Assembly (NCBI GenBank): GCA_038087875.1
Contig: JAXLNO010000567.1
Span: 1-64,000, forward strand
DNA from: Malacoraja senta
Taxonomy: Eukaryota
Length of the DNA: 64,000 nt
Direction of reading: 5' to 3'
Shown here: piece after piece, positions 60,118-64,000 of the stretch
How positions within the stretch are numbered: position 1 is the stretch's first letter
Layout of the letters: each line of letters begins with the position of its first letter
Position numbers and translations under genes: made by a program
The notes under the pieces: generated by a model
The model's database searches: none
The model's input: the letters and a program-made list of their open reading frames with translations, nothing else
Told to the model about the DNA's origin: nothing

Positions 60118-63100
60118 GTAGGCCGTTTAGAACGGAGACGAGGAAACACTTTTTCTCACAGAGAGAGTTGTGAGTCTGTGGAATTCTCTGCCTCAGAGGG
60201 CGGTGGAGGCAGGTTCCCTGCATCTTATAGAAACGTACAAAATTCTTATGGGGTTGGACAGGCTAGATGCAGGAAGATTGTTCCCGATGTTGGGGAAGTC
60301 CAGGACAAGGGGTCACAGCTTAAGGATAAGGGGGAAATCCTTTAAGACCGAGATGAGGAAAAACTTTTTCACACAGAGAGTGGTGAATCTCTGGAACTCT
60401 CTGCCACAGAAGGTAGTTGAGGCCAGTTCATTGGCTATATTTAAGAGGGAGTTAGATGTGGCCCTTGTGGCTAAAGGGATCAGGGGGTATGGAGAGAAGG
60501 CAGGTACAGGATACTGAGTTGGATGATTAGCCATGATCATATTGAATGGCGGTGCAGGCTCGAAGGGCCGAATGGCCTACTCCTGCACCTATTTTCTATG
60601 TATCTATGTATCTATGGATACTTTCAAGAGAGAACTAGATAGGGCTCTTAAAGATAGCGGAGTCAGGGGATATGGGGAGAAGGCAGGAACGGGGTACTGA
60701 TTGGGGATGATCAGCCATGATCACATTGAATGGCGGTGCTGGCTCGAAGGGCCGAATGGCCTACTCCTGCACCCATTGTCTATTGTCTATCTCTGTCTTT
60801 AAAATTATCCATTTCCCTCCACGAATCCTACTTCCACAATGTTGTGCTGAATGGTATCAAAAGCTCATAATACAGATAAGAAACAATGACTAAATGGAGT
60901 GGAACGAGAGAAGAAACTAGTTTTGCCGTTCGATGGAACGAACTTATATCGGATGTTTGAATTTAATATGCCATGGGACTTTGTTCGCATGTAGGGGTGT
61001 CTATAAATCGAGCATTCATTATCTGTGGACAGCCTAGATTACTACACGTCATTAGATCTTGAATGTGGGAGGAAACCGGGGAAAACCCACGCGGTCACGG
61101 GGAGAACGTACAAACTCCGTACAGACAGCACCTGTAGTCAGGATCGAACCTGGGTATCTGGCGCTGAGAGGTAGCAACTATTTCAACGATTGAGGCAGAG
61201 CAGCGTAGGTTCACCAGGTTAATTCCTGGGATGGCGGGACTGACATATGATGAAAGAATGGGTCGACTGGGCTTGTATTCACTGGAATTTCGAAGGATGA
61301 GAGGTTATCTTATAGAAACATATACAATTCTTAAGGGATTGGACAGGCTAGATGCAGGAAAAATGTTCCCCAATGTTGGGGGAGTCCAGAACCAGGTGGT
61401 CACTGTTTAAGAATAAGGGGTAGGCCGTTTAGGACTGAGATGAGAAACAACTTTTTCACCCAGAGAGTTGTGGATCTGTGGAATTCTCTGGCACAGTAGG
61501 TAATGGAGGCCAATTCCCTGGATGTTTTCAAGAGAGAGTTAGATTTAGCTCATATAGCTAACGGAATCAAGGGATATGGAGAGAAAGCAGGAACGGGGTA
61601 CTGATTCTGGATGATTCCTTCACCGTTTCCAGCCTAACGACATCTTTCCTAAAACAGGGTGACCAGAAATGGACATAATACTCTTAAGTGTAGTCACAAC
61701 AATGTCTTGAAGAACTGTAACATGACCTCCGAACTTCTTTACTCAAGACTCTGACTGATGAAGGCCAATGTGCTGAAAGCCTTCTGAACGACACTGTCTA
61801 CTTTCGACGCCACTTTCAAGGAACTATGTATTTGCACTCCTAGATCCCTCTGGTCCACAACACTCCTCAGAGACCTACCTTTCATGCTGCAGCTCCTTCC
61901 CTAGTTTGAAAACAGGCCCTTCGGCCCACCTAGTCCGTGCCGACCAGCGATCCCCGCACATTAACACTATCGCACACACACACACACACACCTAGGGATC
62001 ATTTACAGTTATAAAAAAGCCAATTAACCTACAAACTTGTGCGTCTTTGGAGTGTGGGAGGAAACCGGAGATACCGGAGAAAACCTGCGCAGATCGCGCG
62101 GAAAGCGTATAAACTCCATACAGACAGCACCCGTAGTCAGGATCTAACCACAAGGGCGGTCATGGTGGCACAGCGGTAGAGTTGCTGCCTTACAGCAAAA
62201 TGCAGCACCAGAGACCCGGGTTCGATCCTGATTACGGGTGCTTGTCTGTACGGAGTTTGCACGTTTCTCCCCGTGACCTGCGTGGGTTTTCCCAGAGACC
62301 TTCGGTTTCCTCCCGCACCCCAAAGACGTACAGGATTGTAGGTTAATTGGCTTGATAAAAAATGTAAAAATATCCAAGTTGGCGATATGCGGAGTACTGC
62401 CCTGCCGACTACATAATTCAGAAGGTTTGATTTGTTTTAAACTCGGGATCACTCGTGGGTGGACGCGCACCGTGAGACAGGGGTTTAACCCAGGTCTCTG
62501 GCGCTGTGAGGCAGCAACTCTACCACTGCGCTGCACTCAGTGTTCTATGCAAGATTCCAGCATCTGCAATTCCTTTGTGCCTACATTTCAATCTGGGCCC
62601 TTCTCGATCTTCTAAGCCCTAGTGTATACATGCCTATCCAACCTTTGATCAAACAGAATCTGCCCACTTGATTTATTAATCTTGTAAACTTTCATTGATC
62701 AGTTTCCAACCTTCCTTATCAACAGAGACCAATAGCTGACACAATAGTCCAAATGTCTCTCACCACGGAAGTGTAACCTCCCAATTTTTATCTTTCTTTT
62801 CTCTAACAAAAAGCCAGAACTTTCTGTTAGCTTTTGTAATCAATCACTGTATGCATGCGAACCTTTCAGAATCTTCGGAAACAACTTACTAACATGTGCA
62901 CGGCAATGTGACAATGGACGCCAAATGCTCGCAGAGGCGCAGAGGTAGAAACATATATAATAACATTTAGAAACATATAAAATTATAAAAGGACAAGCTA
63001 GATGCAGGAAAAATGTACATGCCTATCCAACCTTTGATCATAACAGAATCTGCCCGAAACGTTGCCTATTTCCTTCGCTCCATAGATGCTGCCTCACCCG

Positions 63101-64000
63101 CTGAGTTTCTCCAGCACCTTTGATTTTCCAGCATCTGCAGTTCCTTGTTGAACATGCGAGGAATAGATCGGGTAGACGCATAAAGTCTCTTGCCCAGAGT
63201 AGGGGAATCGAGAACCAGAGGACATAGGTTCAAGGTGCAGGTGGGGAAAGATTTAATGGGGATATGAGGGCAACTCTAATACACAAAGGGTAGTGGGTAT
63301 ATAGAGGGCAGGTGGGACTAGTGTAGATGGGGCATGTTGGTCAGCACGGGCAAGTTGGGCCGAACGGCCTATTCCCACGATGTATGTCTCTGTGACTATG
63401 CTCCTAAAAATGTGTACCATTCTCCATGTGCTTGATCGTATTCCCTTGCATTGAAAATAATTTAATGACAATGGTCTCATCAAAGAGATGAAAACAAAAT
63501 TGGCATTCAGTTCATGATGTAATTGCAAACTGTTGCTCTATGAGTAAATACAATTCCAAATATCCTTGAATGCCAAGTTTTCATTTTTGAACCACCAACA
63601 TCAGTCCCAGTTTGAAGAGATGTTTTCGTGGACAACAAGCTGGTAAACAGAAGATGGACCTTTGAAGTGAAATTGATTTATTTGCTGTTGTTGGAGACCA
63701 GAAGTTGCGAGAGCAAATGAAAGAGCAACTGAAAGTAGGGATTCTACCACAAGTTGTGTGAAAATTGACCTCATTACGCAAAAAAAACGCTTGACTGATC
63801 TAGAGGATGTCCAAACTCTTGATGTTTACAGATCACGAAAAAGAAGTCTGATAGAACTTAACATTTGGGAATTCTTGCAGAGGGAGAACAATTTTGCAGA
63901 GGGAGAACAAGGAGGGAAGAGACAAAGACTTTAAAGGCTCTGTCCCACGGGTTTGTGGTCGTTGGCGGTGAAGCGCGGCGTCGCCGGAAGAGGGGACCGC

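Overview
This is vertebrate genomic DNA, very probably from a cartilaginous fish (skate, ray or shark). That is inferred from the dense HE1/V-SINE-like tRNA-derived SINEs that share 3' tails with CR1 LINEs. Most of the window is nested retroelement debris: CR1, Rex1/Babar-like, L2, Penelope-like (PLE), Gypsy and a Tx1-like scrap. There are also Harbinger- and hAT-type MITEs, very long microsatellites and a 200-N gap at 53494-53693. One host gene is recognisable, and the ORF track misses it: a GNG8-like G-protein gamma subunit on the + strand. Its coding exons are 29538-29620 and 35812-35937, it ends in the CAAX motif CAIL, and AATAAA lies at 36052. The first coding exon is 1 nt short, which is either an assembly error or a null allele. 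Highlights: (1) a 139-bp TSD-flanked retroposon whose 5' end is a minimal 54-nt HDV/CPEB3-like ribozyme; (2) hammerhead-core motifs with covarying stems in PLE terminal repeats; (3) fold-back PLE elements with 13-16 bp TSDs that each carry the same 34-bp tandem unit (2-17 copies); (4) an inverted duplication of the candidate GNG8 5' exon that brackets the ATG exon; (5) a structured ~0.8-kb non-coding retroelement with a Rex1-type tail; (6) two Harbinger-type MITEs at the same site of one host repeat. Family names come from motif recall, not database searches. Repeat boundaries are approximate unless a TSD is cited, and only representative SINE and LINE copies are listed.
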